From contig CAYOTP010000002.1 of assembly GCA_964406955.1 (NCBI GenBank), positions 369-64,368 of the forward strand: a stretch of DNA of 64,000 nucleotides, read 5' to 3'. Made by a program: the position numbers and the translations under genes. Shown piece after piece: positions 49,305-59,422 of the stretch (the stretch's first letter is position 1; the number at the start of each line of letters is the position of its first letter). The notes under the pieces were generated by a model. That model searched no databases and was not told the origin of the DNA. It saw only the letters and a program-made list of their open reading frames with translations. This DNA comes from an uncultured Thermoplasmatales archaeon (GTDB lineage Archaea > Thermoplasmatota > E2 > DHVEG-1).

Positions 49305-50513
49305 ATGGATTTATCACTAATTCAATCAATTGTAAAGGAAAATGATACCAAAATCGTTTTATTAATAATGGATGGGGTTGGTGGAATCCCAAATAATAAA
49401 AAAAATCAAACTGAACTTGAAGCTGCATTTACCCCCCATCTTGATAAGCTTGCTGAGGAAAGCATTTGTGGGCTTCAATTACCCGTCGGCAATGGTATAA
49501 CGCCCGGTAGTGGGCCTGGGCATCTTGGAGTATTTGGATATAATCCATTTCAGTATCAGGTGGGACGCGGTGTACTTGCAGCAGGTGGAATTAATTTTGA
49601 ATTGAAAGATGGGGATGTTGCTGCTCGTGGTAACTTTTGTACAATTGATGAACAGGGGAAAGTAACGGACCGTCGTGCGGGACGTATATCAACTGAAGTG
49701 AATGAGAAAATGTGCAATCTTTTAAAGGAGAAAATTAATATTGCTGGAGTGCAAGTTATTGTTGAAACGGTAAAAGAGCATCGGTTTTTACTCGTGTTAC
49801 GTGGTAAGAATCTTTCTGGAGAACTACTAGATACGGATCCTCAGGAAATCGGTAAAGAACCGTTTTCTGCACGAGCGAAAAATGATGGGGCAACTCATAC
49901 TGCAAAAATAGTAGATACTTTTTTAAGTCAAGCAAAAGAGATTTTGAAAGATGAACATCCCGCTAACATGGTTCTTCTTCGCGGGTTTTCACAAAAACCA
50001 CAATGGCCAACGATGAAAGATTGTTTTAAAATAAAAAGCGCAGCTATTGCTTGCTATCCTATGTATCGCGGCGTGTCTAAATTGATAGGAATGGACATAC
50101 TTGAAACCGGTGAAACAATAGAAAGTGAATTTGAAACCTTAAAAAAGAATTGGGATAAGTATGATTTCTTTTATGTTCACATAAAAAAAACAGATAGTTA
50201 TGGAGAAGATGGAAACTTTGAAGCGAAAAAACAGGTGATTGAGGAAGTTGACCGTTTTATTCCTATGCTTAGAAAGCTTGAACCTGATGTTATTATGGTT
50301 ACTGGGGATCATTCTACTCCTTCAAAACTAGCGGTTCATAGTTGGCATCCAGTTCCCGTGATGATTTGGTCTGAAGATTGCAGACCGGATAAAGTAATCC
50401 ATTTTAATGAGGCAGATTGTCTTCATGGCGGACTAGGACCACGGATTCCTGCTGAAGAGTTGCTTCCAATTGTTTTAGCTAATGCTAAACGGTTGGAAAA
50501 ATTTGGTGCATAA
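49305..50513 (+). CDS. apgM: 2,3-bisphosphoglycerate-independent phosphoglycerate mutase, archaeal type
   Basis: 402 aa; N-terminal IVLLIMDGVGG and overall ApgM architecture. Confidence 0.85.
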   Translation: MDLSLIQSIVKENDTKIVLLIMDGVGGIPNNKKNQTELEAAFTPHLDKLAEESICGLQLPVGNGITPGSGPGHLGVFGYNPFQYQVGRGVLAAGGINFELKDGDVAARGNFCTIDEQGKVTDRRAGRISTEVNEKMCNLLKEKINIAGVQVIVETVKEHRFLLVLRGKNLSGELLDTDPQEIGKEPFSARAKNDGATHTAKIVDTFLSQAKEILKDEHPANMVLLRGFSQKPQWPTMKDCFKIKSAAIACYPMYRGVSKLIGMDILETGETIESEFETLKKNWDKYDFFYVHIKKTDSYGEDGNFEAKKQVIEEVDRFIPMLRKLEPDVIMVTGDHSTPSKLAVHSWHPVPVMIWSEDCRPDKVIHFNEADCLHGGLGPRIPAEELLPIVLANAKRLEKFGA

Positions 50514-50588
50514 TTGTTGCCCTCTGACATCCCCCCTTTTGAAACAGGGTTTTTCCGTAAAAAATAATCGTAGATATTCTCAATCTAA

Positions 50589-52103
50589 TCAATCGTAGAG
50601 ATTAAGATATTTATTCGATAGGTATGACGTAAACCTTTCAGCGTTTAATCCTTCACCACATGTTTTTTTAATGATCTCTTCAGCAGTCATCATCCGACCA
50701 TACTGATGAACATTTGTTCGTAACCAAGAAAGAATATGGTTAAAATCTCCTTTTCGAATTTCTTTAATAATTTCAGGACGTTCTTTTTCCAATTGATCAA
50801 ATAATTGAGATGCATAAATGCTGCCTAAGGCATACGTCGGAAAATAGCCAATGGCTCCACCACTCCAATGCATATCTTGAAGAATACCCTCTTTATCAGT
50901 TGGCGGTGTAACTCGTAAGATTTCATTCATTTTTTCATTCCATGCTTGAGGAAGTTCTGAAACCGTGAGTTTTTCCTCCATTAAATCTGCTTCTAACTCA
51001 AATCGAAGGATGACATGCAAGCAATAGGTGAGTTCATCGGCTTCCACTCGGATAAACGATGGTTTTACGCTGTTCACATGTCGATACCAAGTTTCAAAAG
51101 AAACATCTTTCATTTTTGATCCCGCTTGTTTTTTAAATTCTAGGTAATAATATTCCCAGAACGGTTTACTTCTAGCTATCATGTTCTCCCAAAATCTCGA
51201 TTGTGATTCATGAATGCCAAGAGATGGTGAATCCGCAATGACCGTATCCTTGTATTTCCCCGTTGGCATCCCAAGTTCATATAGGGCGTGTCCAGCTTCA
51301 TGAATGGTTGAAAAAAAAGAAAACAAGGGGTTTTCTCGATCATAATTTGTGGTAATTCTCACATCATCATTTCCTAGACTGGTCGTGAATGGATGAGTAG
51401 ATTCATCAATGCGAGATTTTTCAGTTGGTAGATTCATTTGATTAAAAATATGATGACAAAGCTTTTGCTGTATATTTTTTGAGAAGGTTAAAGATAGATT
51501 TTGTTGATTTTCATACATTTTTGATGAAAGGACCTTGTCAAGAATTGTTTTCAATTTCTTTTTTAGTAACGAAAATTCCGTTCGTAATTTATCAGTGGTC
51601 ATTCCTTCCTCATAATCATCAAGAAGTGTGTCATATCGTGAACCAGGTAAGTTGATGTATTCGCAGTATTCATTTTGTAATTCAACGATTTTTTCCAAAT
51701 GTGTTTGGAAAATACTGAAATCACTTTTGTTTCGAGCCTTTTGCCAAGCAGGATAGGCCATCGTTGTTATTTTTGCCGATCGTTTTACAAAATCTTCTGG
51801 GATCTTTCTACTTTTTTCAACATCCTTATGCAATCGCTTGACCACATGTTGGTTTTCAGTTGAAAGGTTTGAAAAAATTGATTCTTTTCTTAGCCGTAAG
51901 ATATGGTTCCAAAATTCATCTGATACTACTCGTTTGTGTGCTAGTGATGAAAGAAGTGCGGATTGTTCACCTCGTTCACTTGCTCCTTTTTCAGGCATGT
52001 ACGTCATTTGATCCCAGCCTAGAAGGGCACCAATACCACCAATTACTGAGAGTTCTTTTTGTTGCTTGTATATAAAATCAAGTGATTCCATAGATACTGT
52101 CAT
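50589..52103 (-). CDS. M32 carboxypeptidase (Taq-type)
   Basis: 504 aa; HEAGHALYE zinc motif and HESQSRFWEN block. Confidence 0.85.
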   Translation of the reverse strand: MTVSMESLDFIYKQQKELSVIGGIGALLGWDQMTYMPEKGASERGEQSALLSSLAHKRVVSDEFWNHILRLRKESIFSNLSTENQHVVKRLHKDVEKSRKIPEDFVKRSAKITTMAYPAWQKARNKSDFSIFQTHLEKIVELQNEYCEYINLPGSRYDTLLDDYEEGMTTDKLRTEFSLLKKKLKTILDKVLSSKMYENQQNLSLTFSKNIQQKLCHHIFNQMNLPTEKSRIDESTHPFTTSLGNDDVRITTNYDRENPLFSFFSTIHEAGHALYELGMPTGKYKDTVIADSPSLGIHESQSRFWENMIARSKPFWEYYYLEFKKQAGSKMKDVSFETWYRHVNSVKPSFIRVEADELTYCLHVILRFELEADLMEEKLTVSELPQAWNEKMNEILRVTPPTDKEGILQDMHWSGGAIGYFPTYALGSIYASQLFDQLEKERPEIIKEIRKGDFNHILSWLRTNVHQYGRMMTAEEIIKKTCGEGLNAERFTSYLSNKYLNLYD

Positions 52104-52113
52104 ATTTTTTCAC

Positions 52114-52881
52114 CTATTCTGCTTTGATTTCAATTCCAATCGGACAATGATCTGATCCCATTACACCTGAGAGGATGAATGCATCTTTTACTTTTGGTAA
52201 GAATTCATTATTGACAAAGAAATAATCGATTCTCCAGCCAACATTTCGCTCTCGAGCTCGTGTTCGCATACTCCACCACGTGTATTGGTCAGGTTTTGAA
52301 TTAAATTCACGGAACGTATCAGTATATCCATGATCAATGAATCGGTCGATCCAGGCTCGTTCAATGGGGAGGAATCCTGAAATGTTTTCGTTTGCCTTTG
52401 GTCGTGCAAGATCGATTTCTTTGTGAGCAGTGTTGACATCACCGCAGACAATGATGTTTTTTCCTTCAGCTTTGAGGTTTTCTGCATAATCAAGGAATGT
52501 ATCGTAAAAGTCTAGTTTGTATTCGAGTCGTTTTTGACTTTGTTTGCCATTGGGAAAGTAGATGTTGAATAATAAGAAATCATCAAATTCAGTGATTAAT
52601 ATTCTTCCTTCTGTATCAAATTTGTCGATGCCAAATCCTTTTTTGACATTAAGCGGTTTCTGTTTGGTGTAGGTTGCAACTCCACTGTATCCTTTGCGGT
52701 CTGCTGAATTAATGTAGATGTTGTAGCCAGGGGTGTTTTTCAAATGTGGGGGGAATTGATCTGGTGTTGCTTTAATCTCTTGTGCACAAAATATATCTGG
52801 AGAATATTGTTGAAACCAATCAAAAAATCCTTTTCGATCTGCTGCTCGTATTCCGTTTATATTCCATGATATAATATGCAT
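52114..52881 (-). CDS. xth: exodeoxyribonuclease III
   Basis: 255 aa; N-terminal [11 protein letters not shown]; EEP nuclease motifs. Confidence 0.9.
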   Translation of the reverse strand: MHIISWNINGIRAADRKGFFDWFQQYSPDIFCAQEIKATPDQFPPHLKNTPGYNIYINSADRKGYSGVATYTKQKPLNVKKGFGIDKFDTEGRILITEFDDFLLFNIYFPNGKQSQKRLEYKLDFYDTFLDYAENLKAEGKNIIVCGDVNTAHKEIDLARPKANENISGFLPIERAWIDRFIDHGYTDTFREFNSKPDQYTWWSMRTRARERNVGWRIDYFFVNNEFLPKVKDAFILSGVMGSDHCPIGIEIKAE

Positions 52882-53062
52882 ATTAAGTAATCCTCATCTC
52901 TGAAATGATTTTTTAAATAGTAACATTTCACCTTTGTTTTTAATGTTTATCATTTTTCAATATTTGTTCATCCATGGAAGATAATTTTTTTATAAAAAAT
53001 GTATCAGATCATTGAAAATTATTCACAAACGTAAAAATTATAATTTATAATATTAATCCGAA

Positions 53063-53076
53063 ATCTTTTTATAATA
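53063..53076 (+). promoter_or_regulatory. TATA-box-like element upstream of DUF134 operon
   Basis: tcTTTTTATAATAc about 40 nt upstream of the ATG at 53111, in a 230-bp AT-rich intergenic region. Confidence 0.3.
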
Positions 53077-53110
53077 CTTCTCATTAGTATACTAATTGTG
53101 AAAAATAGCT

Positions 53111-53440
53111 ATGCCTGGACGTGGACATGGCCGACGAGGACGAAATCGCGGAAAACGATGGATAGACCAACTCCCAAAGTATCATACACCTAATGAAGGT
53201 CAAGTATTACAGCCAAACTCCGTATGCCTTACTCCCGCTGAAATAGAACTACTTCGACTCATTGATCTAGAGAACCTGACTCAACAAGAAGCAGCAGCCC
53301 GTATGGGAGTTTCCAGAAAAACATTATGGAATGACTTACAGAAAGTACGAAGAAAGGTGGCTCACGCTCTTTTGCATGGCCATCCTATCTGCGTTGCAGG
53401 TAGAGACTATAAAATAAGAAACCAATTTGGAGGTGAATAG
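53111..53440 (+). CDS. DUF134/UPF0251 family DNA-binding protein
   Basis: 109 aa; Arg-rich N-terminus then sigma-70 region-4-like HTH (LTQQEAAARMGVSRKTLWNDL) characteristic of DUF134. Confidence 0.75.
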   Translation: MPGRGHGRRGRNRGKRWIDQLPKYHTPNEGQVLQPNSVCLTPAEIELLRLIDLENLTQQEAAARMGVSRKTLWNDLQKVRRKVAHALLHGHPICVAGRDYKIRNQFGGE

Positions 53441-53444
53441 AAAT

Positions 53445-53813
53445 ATGCCAAGTGGAGATAGAACCGGCCCAGAAGGATTTGGTCCTCGAAGTGGAAGAGG
53501 ATTAGGTTACTGCAGCGGATATGATAGCCCCGGATACACCAAAGGAGTTCCTCGTGGTGGCCAAGGCTATGGTCGAGGATTTGGCCGTGGTTTCGGTCGA
53601 GGTTATGGCTGGGGCCGCAGAAGGGAATACTACCCACACCCAGATAATCGATATTATCCAAATAGATATCCTCTAGAGCCGTATCAAGCAATGGACAAAG
53701 ATGAAGAAAAACACTATCTGGAAGAATTAGTTCAAAGCCTAGAAAACGAACTAAGAAGCATCAAAAACAGATTGCAAGAGCTCGGAAAGAAAAACAATCT
53801 AGAAACCCCATAA
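53445..53813 (+). CDS. DUF5320-like Gly/Arg-rich protein with C-terminal coiled coil
   Basis: start moved to MPSGDRTGPEG (ATG 53445, GGAGGTGA upstream); repeated GRGFGRGFGRGYG; C-terminal heptad-like EELVQSLENELRSIKNRLQEL. Confidence 0.6.
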   Translation: MPSGDRTGPEGFGPRSGRGLGYCSGYDSPGYTKGVPRGGQGYGRGFGRGFGRGYGWGRRREYYPHPDNRYYPNRYPLEPYQAMDKDEEKHYLEELVQSLENELRSIKNRLQELGKKNNLETP

Positions 53814-53884
53814 AAACCAATTATTGGGGTTTCTTAACCAATTCTTAATTAGGATTAAAATGATTAAGAAAAGAAGGTACAGCC

Positions 53885-54718
53885 ATGCAACAAAATCAAG
53901 TGGAAGAACGGGAAAAACAAGAAGAAGGCATTAAAAAAAATCTTAACAAAATCAAACAAGTCATCGTGGTGTTAAGTGGAAAAGGCGGAGTTGGAAAAAG
54001 TACGGTTTCAACAAACTTAGCATTAACCTTGGCACAACAGGGAAATAAAGTTGGTTTACTCGATAGTGATATACATGGGCCAACGATTCCAACTATGCTT
54101 GGACTTTCAGGCAGGCGAATAACCCAATCAGCCGATGGATTAAAACCTATTAAAGCAACAGAAAATCTACAAGTATTATCTATGGGATTTCTAATTGAAA
54201 ACCAGGATGATGCCATTATTTGGCGAGGTCCAATGAAGATGGGAGCCATCAAACAATTAATCGGAGATTTTAATTGGGGTGCCTTAGATTATTTAATTAT
54301 TGATCTACCACCAGGTACTGGCGATGAACCACTAAGCATTGCTCAGATTATACCAAAGATTACTGGAGCAATCATTGTAACCACACCTCAAGATGTGGCA
54401 TTAGTGAGCGTAAGAAAGTCAATTACTTTTGTAAACAAGATTAAAATACCCATAATCGGAATTATTGAGAACATGAGCGGGTTTACTTGCCCACATTGTA
54501 GAAAAAAAATCGACATCTTTAAAAGTGGTGGTGGTAAGAAGGCAGCAGATGAATTTAACCTTTCATTTTTGGGCTCCATTCCACTGGACCCAACAATTGT
54601 TGAAACAGGGGATACGGGATCAATAAATCTGTTAAAAGATACGATTTTAGCGACATCGTTTGTAAGCATTGCAGCAAATGTAAAAAATAGTATAAAGAAA
54701 AAGGAGGAAAAAAAGTAA
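53885..54718 (+). CDS. Mrp/NBP35 (ApbC) family Fe-S cluster carrier ATPase
   Basis: deviant Walker [10 protein letters not shown]; CPHC (CxxC) cluster-bridging motif. Confidence 0.85.
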   Translation: MQQNQVEEREKQEEGIKKNLNKIKQVIVVLSGKGGVGKSTVSTNLALTLAQQGNKVGLLDSDIHGPTIPTMLGLSGRRITQSADGLKPIKATENLQVLSMGFLIENQDDAIIWRGPMKMGAIKQLIGDFNWGALDYLIIDLPPGTGDEPLSIAQIIPKITGAIIVTTPQDVALVSVRKSITFVNKIKIPIIGIIENMSGFTCPHCRKKIDIFKSGGGKKAADEFNLSFLGSIPLDPTIVETGDTGSINLLKDTILATSFVSIAANVKNSIKKKEEKK

Positions 54719-54942
54719 TGCCCCAAAGAGACGGAACAGGCCCTATAGGAAAAGGCAGGGGATATAATCAGGATCGAGGGGGTGGATATGGGAAAGGCCT
54801 TGGAAGGAGTGGTGGAACAGCGCAAGGTCCTGGTGGACGCTGCCGATGCCCAAATTGTGGCCATACTGAACCACATGAACTTGGAACGCCTTGTTATCAT
54901 AGGAGATGTCCAAAATGTGGCTCACCGATGACCCGTGCTTAA
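54718..54942 (+). CDS. DUF5320-like N-terminus fused to C-terminal double zinc ribbon
   Basis: 74 aa; [15 protein letters not shown] parallels MPSGDRTGPEG of ORF 53445; C-terminus CRCPNCG...CPKCG. Confidence 0.6.
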   Translation: MPQRDGTGPIGKGRGYNQDRGGGYGKGLGRSGGTAQGPGGRCRCPNCGHTEPHELGTPCYHRRCPKCGSPMTRA

Positions 54943-55006
54943 ATAACATCTGTTAATGACAACGATTATTAAAGAGAGATGAATTCTCGCTCAGCATAGT
55001 GATAAA

Positions 55007-55405
55007 ATGAAAGTAATTGTAACTGCAACAAAAGATACTCTTGACGGCCCAGTTGATCCTCGTTTTGGACGATGTCAATATTTTATAACAGTGGACACTG
55101 AGAATCTTGAGTATACTGTAATGGAAAACTCTCAAAAAAATGCCATGGGTGGGGCAGGTGTGCAAGCGGCCCAAACCGTAGCCAATGCACAAGTTGACGC
55201 AGTGATCACCGGTTCAGTTGGACCAAACGCATTTCAAACACTGAATGTCGCCGGAGTTAAGATATTTACCGGTGCAAGCGGAACCGTGAAAGAGGCCATT
55301 ATGGCATTGAACCAAGGCTCATTGCAAGAAACAAATGATTCAACAGTTGGATCACATCACGGAATGAGTAAACAAGATCATGAAACGAAGGGGGATAAGC
55401 AATGA
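55007..55405 (+). CDS. NifX/NafY-like dinitrogenase FeMo-cofactor-binding family protein
   Basis: 132 aa; PF02579-like pattern: N-terminal strand then RFGRC, ...G.G...A......V..VI.G..G..A...L...GI. Confidence 0.8.
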   Translation: MKVIVTATKDTLDGPVDPRFGRCQYFITVDTENLEYTVMENSQKNAMGGAGVQAAQTVANAQVDAVITGSVGPNAFQTLNVAGVKIFTGASGTVKEAIMALNQGSLQETNDSTVGSHHGMSKQDHETKGDKQ

Positions 55406-55782
55406 AAGTTGGAATTCCTTCAATGGGTGAAAAAGGATTAGATGAACAAGTTGGTCAGCATTTTGGTCGAGTTACTCACTACACTATAGTTGATTTAGAT
55501 AAAGATACGGTTACTGTTATTACTAATACTAGCCATCACATGGGTGGAACCGTTGAACCACCTGAACTGTTAAAAAACGAAGGGGTATGTGTGATGCTGT
55601 GTTCCGGTCTTGGCCGACGAGCAATCAATCTTTTCGAACAAATGGGCATTGATGTTTACATTGGTGCATCAGGAAAAGTTCGCGATGCAATCACTGCATT
55701 TGAACAAGGTAATTTAAAGCAAGCAACCATGTCCGATGGTTGCCAGGAACACACCTTTGGCGAACATCGCCATCATCACTAA
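55402..55782 (+). CDS. NifX/NafY-like cofactor-binding family protein, second copy
   Basis: 126 aa; HFGRV... and LCSGLGRRAINLFEQMGIDVY blocks; His-rich tail HRHHH. Confidence 0.8.
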   Translation: MKVGIPSMGEKGLDEQVGQHFGRVTHYTIVDLDKDTVTVITNTSHHMGGTVEPPELLKNEGVCVMLCSGLGRRAINLFEQMGIDVYIGASGKVRDAITAFEQGNLKQATMSDGCQEHTFGEHRHHH

Positions 55783-55837
55783 TACCACTATTTTTCCTTT
55801 TAAATGTAATATTAATTAATCGGAGGCATAAGTAAAT

Positions 55838-56701
55838 ATGCAGACCCATCTTGATTGTATCCCTTGTTTTTTACATCAATCACTTGAAGCCGCACGCATG
55901 GCAACCAGTGATGAAAAAAAACATGAAGAAGTAATGAAAAAAGTCATGGATCATTTACAAACCATTGATTTTACGCTTTCACCACCTGAAATCTCACAAC
56001 ATGTTCACCATATTATTCGTACGGTTACAGGCAATACCGACCCATATATAAAAGTGAAAGAAGAAGCAAATCAACAAGCAAAAAATCAATATCCTACATT
56101 AAAAAAAATGGTTGAACAAAGCGATGATTCATTGTTGATGGCTGCAAAACTTGCAATTATTGGAAATGTGATTGATTTTGGAACCATGAATCGAATGAAT
56201 GTAAAAGAAATGATTGAAAACATTGCACATAAACCATTTGATGATGCTGGTTATGAACTATTTAAACAACGAGTGAAAGACGCAAAAACAATTGTGTATT
56301 TAGCTGATAACACCGGTGAAATCTTCTTTGATCGGCTTCTTCTTGAACAATTACACAATGAAAACAGGCAGATTACCTATGTGGTAAAACAGTATCCAAT
56401 CATTAATGATGCGACAAAAGATGATGCATTATATGCGGGTATAGATGCATATGCAGATATCATTGCAGGTGATAAAGACGCTACATATTCAGCTCCAGGC
56501 TTAGTACTCTCAAATATGTCTACTGAGTTGAAAGATTTAATTAATAGTGCTGATTTGGCGATATCTAAGGGACAAGGGAACTATGAATCATTAAGCGAAT
56601 TTGACCGTGAAATCTTTTTTTTATTAATGGTAAAGTGCCCGCTTGTTGCATCTAACATTGGGATTAATGTTGGAACCATGGTGTTAAAGGTGAAAAAATG
56701 A
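55838..56701 (+). CDS. DUF89 (ARMT1-like) family protein
   Basis: 287 aa; N-terminal CIPCF motif and overall DUF89 pattern. Confidence 0.7.
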   Translation: MQTHLDCIPCFLHQSLEAARMATSDEKKHEEVMKKVMDHLQTIDFTLSPPEISQHVHHIIRTVTGNTDPYIKVKEEANQQAKNQYPTLKKMVEQSDDSLLMAAKLAIIGNVIDFGTMNRMNVKEMIENIAHKPFDDAGYELFKQRVKDAKTIVYLADNTGEIFFDRLLLEQLHNENRQITYVVKQYPIINDATKDDALYAGIDAYADIIAGDKDATYSAPGLVLSNMSTELKDLINSADLAISKGQGNYESLSEFDREIFFLLMVKCPLVASNIGINVGTMVLKVKK

Positions 56702-57534
56702 AAATTGCTATTGCCAGTGGTAAGGGAGGTACAGGTAAAACTACCGTTGCGGTTAATCTTGCGTTAATTGCTCAGCATGCACAATTATTAGATGCTGATG
56801 TTGAAGAACCTAATGCAAACTTGTTTTTACATGCAAAATTTTCAGAAGAAAAAAAAATAACGGTTTCTGTTCCTGAAATCAATGAGAATCGATGTATATA
56901 TTGTGGAAAATGCAGCAAGTTTTGTGCATATAATGCGCTAGCAGTGGTTCCCCATAAAGTTTTAGTGTTTGCAGATTTGTGTCATTCCTGCAAAGGATGT
57001 GAACTGGTATGCCCCAAGAATGCTGTTGGTTGGCGGAATCGAGAAGTGGGCTTGCTTCGCAGAGGAAAAGAAAATGGAGTTTCTATTGTTGAAGGAGATT
57101 TAAATTTAGGGGAGAGCCAAGCTATTCCCGTGATCAAAGCATTGAAACAAGAAATTGATCTAAATAAAACAGTCATTATTGATGCGCCACCGGGAACGTC
57201 TTGTCCGGTGATGGAAGCAATTGAGGATAGTGACTATGTTGTATTAGTAACTGAGCCTACACCGTTTGGACTTCATGATTTGAAACTTGCTGTTGAAGTC
57301 GTTCGACGGATGAAACTTCTGTTTTGCGTAGTGATTAATCGTGATGGTGTCGGAGATAAACGAGTTGAGTTGTATTGTCGACAAGAAGAAATCCCAGTTT
57401 TGCTAAAGATTCCACATGATACTCGAATAGCTTCATTGTATTCAGATGGAGAGCCTTTCGTTAATCACATGCCAGAGTTAAAACAGGATTTTCAAGAATT
57501 ATTAAATCGAATTAAGAAGGAGATATCCTCATGA
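56698..57534 (+). CDS. MinD/ParA-family P-loop ATPase with inserted 2x[4Fe-4S] ferredoxin domain
   Basis: deviant Walker A SGKGGTGKTT; CIYCGKCSKFC and CHSCKGCELVCP cluster motifs. Confidence 0.8.
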   Translation: MKIAIASGKGGTGKTTVAVNLALIAQHAQLLDADVEEPNANLFLHAKFSEEKKITVSVPEINENRCIYCGKCSKFCAYNALAVVPHKVLVFADLCHSCKGCELVCPKNAVGWRNREVGLLRRGKENGVSIVEGDLNLGESQAIPVIKALKQEIDLNKTVIIDAPPGTSCPVMEAIEDSDYVVLVTEPTPFGLHDLKLAVEVVRRMKLLFCVVINRDGVGDKRVELYCRQEEIPVLLKIPHDTRIASLYSDGEPFVNHMPELKQDFQELLNRIKKEISS

Positions 57535-58415
57535 AACAAGTTAGCATCATTAGCGGTAAAGGAGGGACCGGTAAAACAACGATTACCGCGGCTTTTGCCG
57601 CGTTAGCAAAAAATGCGGTGCTTGCTGATTGTGATGTTGATGCAGCGGATTTACATTTGATTTTAAAACCAGTTGTGAAGAAAACAGTTGGATTTCATGG
57701 TCTCCCCGTGGCGAAAATTGATGAGGAAAAATGTATCAAATGCATGGACTGCGTTAATCACTGTCAGTTTGAGGCCATCACTGATGAAATCACCGTGAAA
57801 TATGAAGCATGTGAAGGCTGTGGTGTGTGTGAACTGGTGTGCCCGGTTGATGCAGCATCAATGATTCAACGTGATTCTGGATTGTTGTATGAATCAGAGA
57901 CTCGCTTTGGTCCTATGGTTCATGCCCGGTTGAATACTGCGGAAGAATCATCTGGGAAACTTGTTACTGAAGTGCGTCATCATGCTGAAGCAGTCGCTGA
58001 ACAGAAAGAGAAAGAAGTAGTGTTAATTGATGGTCCACCAGGCATTGGTTGCCCAGTGATAAGTGCTATTACGGGTGTTGATTTAGTCGTTGTGGTCACA
58101 GAGCCAACGTTTTCAGGCATTCATGATTTAAAGCGAGTTATCGATGTTGCAAAACATTTTGAGATTACGCAAGCAGTGATTATCAATAAAACGGATATCA
58201 ATCCAAAAAAAACAAGTGAAATCAAATCGTTTTGTAGAAAACATCAGATTCCCTTATTGGGTTGTATTCCATATGATACGTTGGTAACAAAAGCAATGAT
58301 TGAGGAAAAAGCAATTCCAGAGTATGATAAAGGTGATGTCACCTCATCAATTAAACAAGCATGGGAATCATTATCCAACTTGTTAGATCTTTCATCAGCA
58401 AACCATAAATCATAA
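57531..58415 (+). CDS. MinD/ParA-family P-loop ATPase with inserted 2x[4Fe-4S] ferredoxin domain, second copy
   Basis: SGKGGTGKTT; CIKCMDCVNHC and CEGCGVCELVCP. Confidence 0.8.
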   Translation: MKQVSIISGKGGTGKTTITAAFAALAKNAVLADCDVDAADLHLILKPVVKKTVGFHGLPVAKIDEEKCIKCMDCVNHCQFEAITDEITVKYEACEGCGVCELVCPVDAASMIQRDSGLLYESETRFGPMVHARLNTAEESSGKLVTEVRHHAEAVAEQKEKEVVLIDGPPGIGCPVISAITGVDLVVVVTEPTFSGIHDLKRVIDVAKHFEITQAVIINKTDINPKKTSEIKSFCRKHQIPLLGCIPYDTLVTKAMIEEKAIPEYDKGDVTSSIKQAWESLSNLLDLSSANHKS

Positions 58416-58450
58416 AAACAAAGGTAGTATCCTTTTTGTTGAGTTGAATC

Positions 58451-58795
58451 ATGATGAAACATGTTCATTATACTGATGTTAACGCTGAAGATGTTGATGT
58501 TGAAGGTGCAAAAGATGCAAGGATTCGTTGGTTAATCGCAAAAAGAGATGGTGCCAAGAATTTCACCATGCGATTGTTTGATGTTGAACCAGGTGGATGT
58601 ACTCCATTGCATCAGCATGATTGGGAACATGAAGTATTTATTGTGTCTGGTTCTGGAGAACTTCGAGATAAGGATGATAAGAACGTTTTTGGAAAAGGAG
58701 ATGTCATCTTTGTTCCACCAATGGAATGGCATCAATTTGTGAACACCGGTAATGAATTATTGCAGTTTATTTGTGTAATCCCGTATAAAGATTAA
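58451..58795 (+). CDS. cupin-domain protein
   Basis: 114 aa; cupin motifs G(x)5HxH (PLHQHDWEHE) and second His motif. Confidence 0.7.
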   Translation: MMKHVHYTDVNAEDVDVEGAKDARIRWLIAKRDGAKNFTMRLFDVEPGGCTPLHQHDWEHEVFIVSGSGELRDKDDKNVFGKGDVIFVPPMEWHQFVNTGNELLQFICVIPYKD

Positions 58796-58955
58796 GGTAT
58801 GTAATCTCAAATTTTTTTGTTTGCTTACGTGTCATCCAGGATAATGGTTGTGTAATCATTATACACAATCGTTATATAGAATAAACCCTATAGACAATAG
58901 ATAATACAGACGACATTTACTAAAAATATCTACAATCAGTAAGGCATATGAAAAA

Positions 58956-59360
58956 ATGATAAAACTCTTTGATAAACTTACCAAAAAAAGCGAATCAGAC
59001 CGTTCACCATTAAAAAAATCAGATTGGCCAAAACATGTGGAAGAACTCACCAAAGAAACCTTTGATGATTTCATTGATAAATACCCACTTACCATCATTG
59101 ACTTTTGGGCACCCTGGTGCAAACCATGTAAAACCATGCTTCCTCGATTACGTCGATTAGAGCGAATATATCAAGGAAAAGCAGCCTTTGCTAGAGTAAA
59201 CACCCAAAAAGAAACAGAAATCCCAAAAAAATACAATATTCGCGGCATCCCACATTTTGGCATCTTTCGTTATGGAGACAAAATAGCAAGTGCTACTGGG
59301 GCACAATCAGTTGGTGAACTCAAAAATATCATCAACAAATATCTTGATAAATATTCATAA
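58956..59360 (+). CDS. trx: thioredoxin
   Basis: WAPWCKPCK active site. Confidence 0.85.
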   Translation: MIKLFDKLTKKSESDRSPLKKSDWPKHVEELTKETFDDFIDKYPLTIIDFWAPWCKPCKTMLPRLRRLERIYQGKAAFARVNTQKETEIPKKYNIRGIPHFGIFRYGDKIASATGAQSVGELKNIINKYLDKYS

Positions 59361-59422
59361 CTCATTTTTTAAAGCATATTCTACTAACGTTTTAATATTG
59401 TAACCACGGTTCATTTTAAACC

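Noticed and set aside
54388-54949. Minus-strand ORFs of 170 and 68 aa
   Set aside because: They are antisense to Mrp/ApbC and the zinc-ribbon gene, which have strong motif support. They are shadow frames of a Gly-rich coding region.
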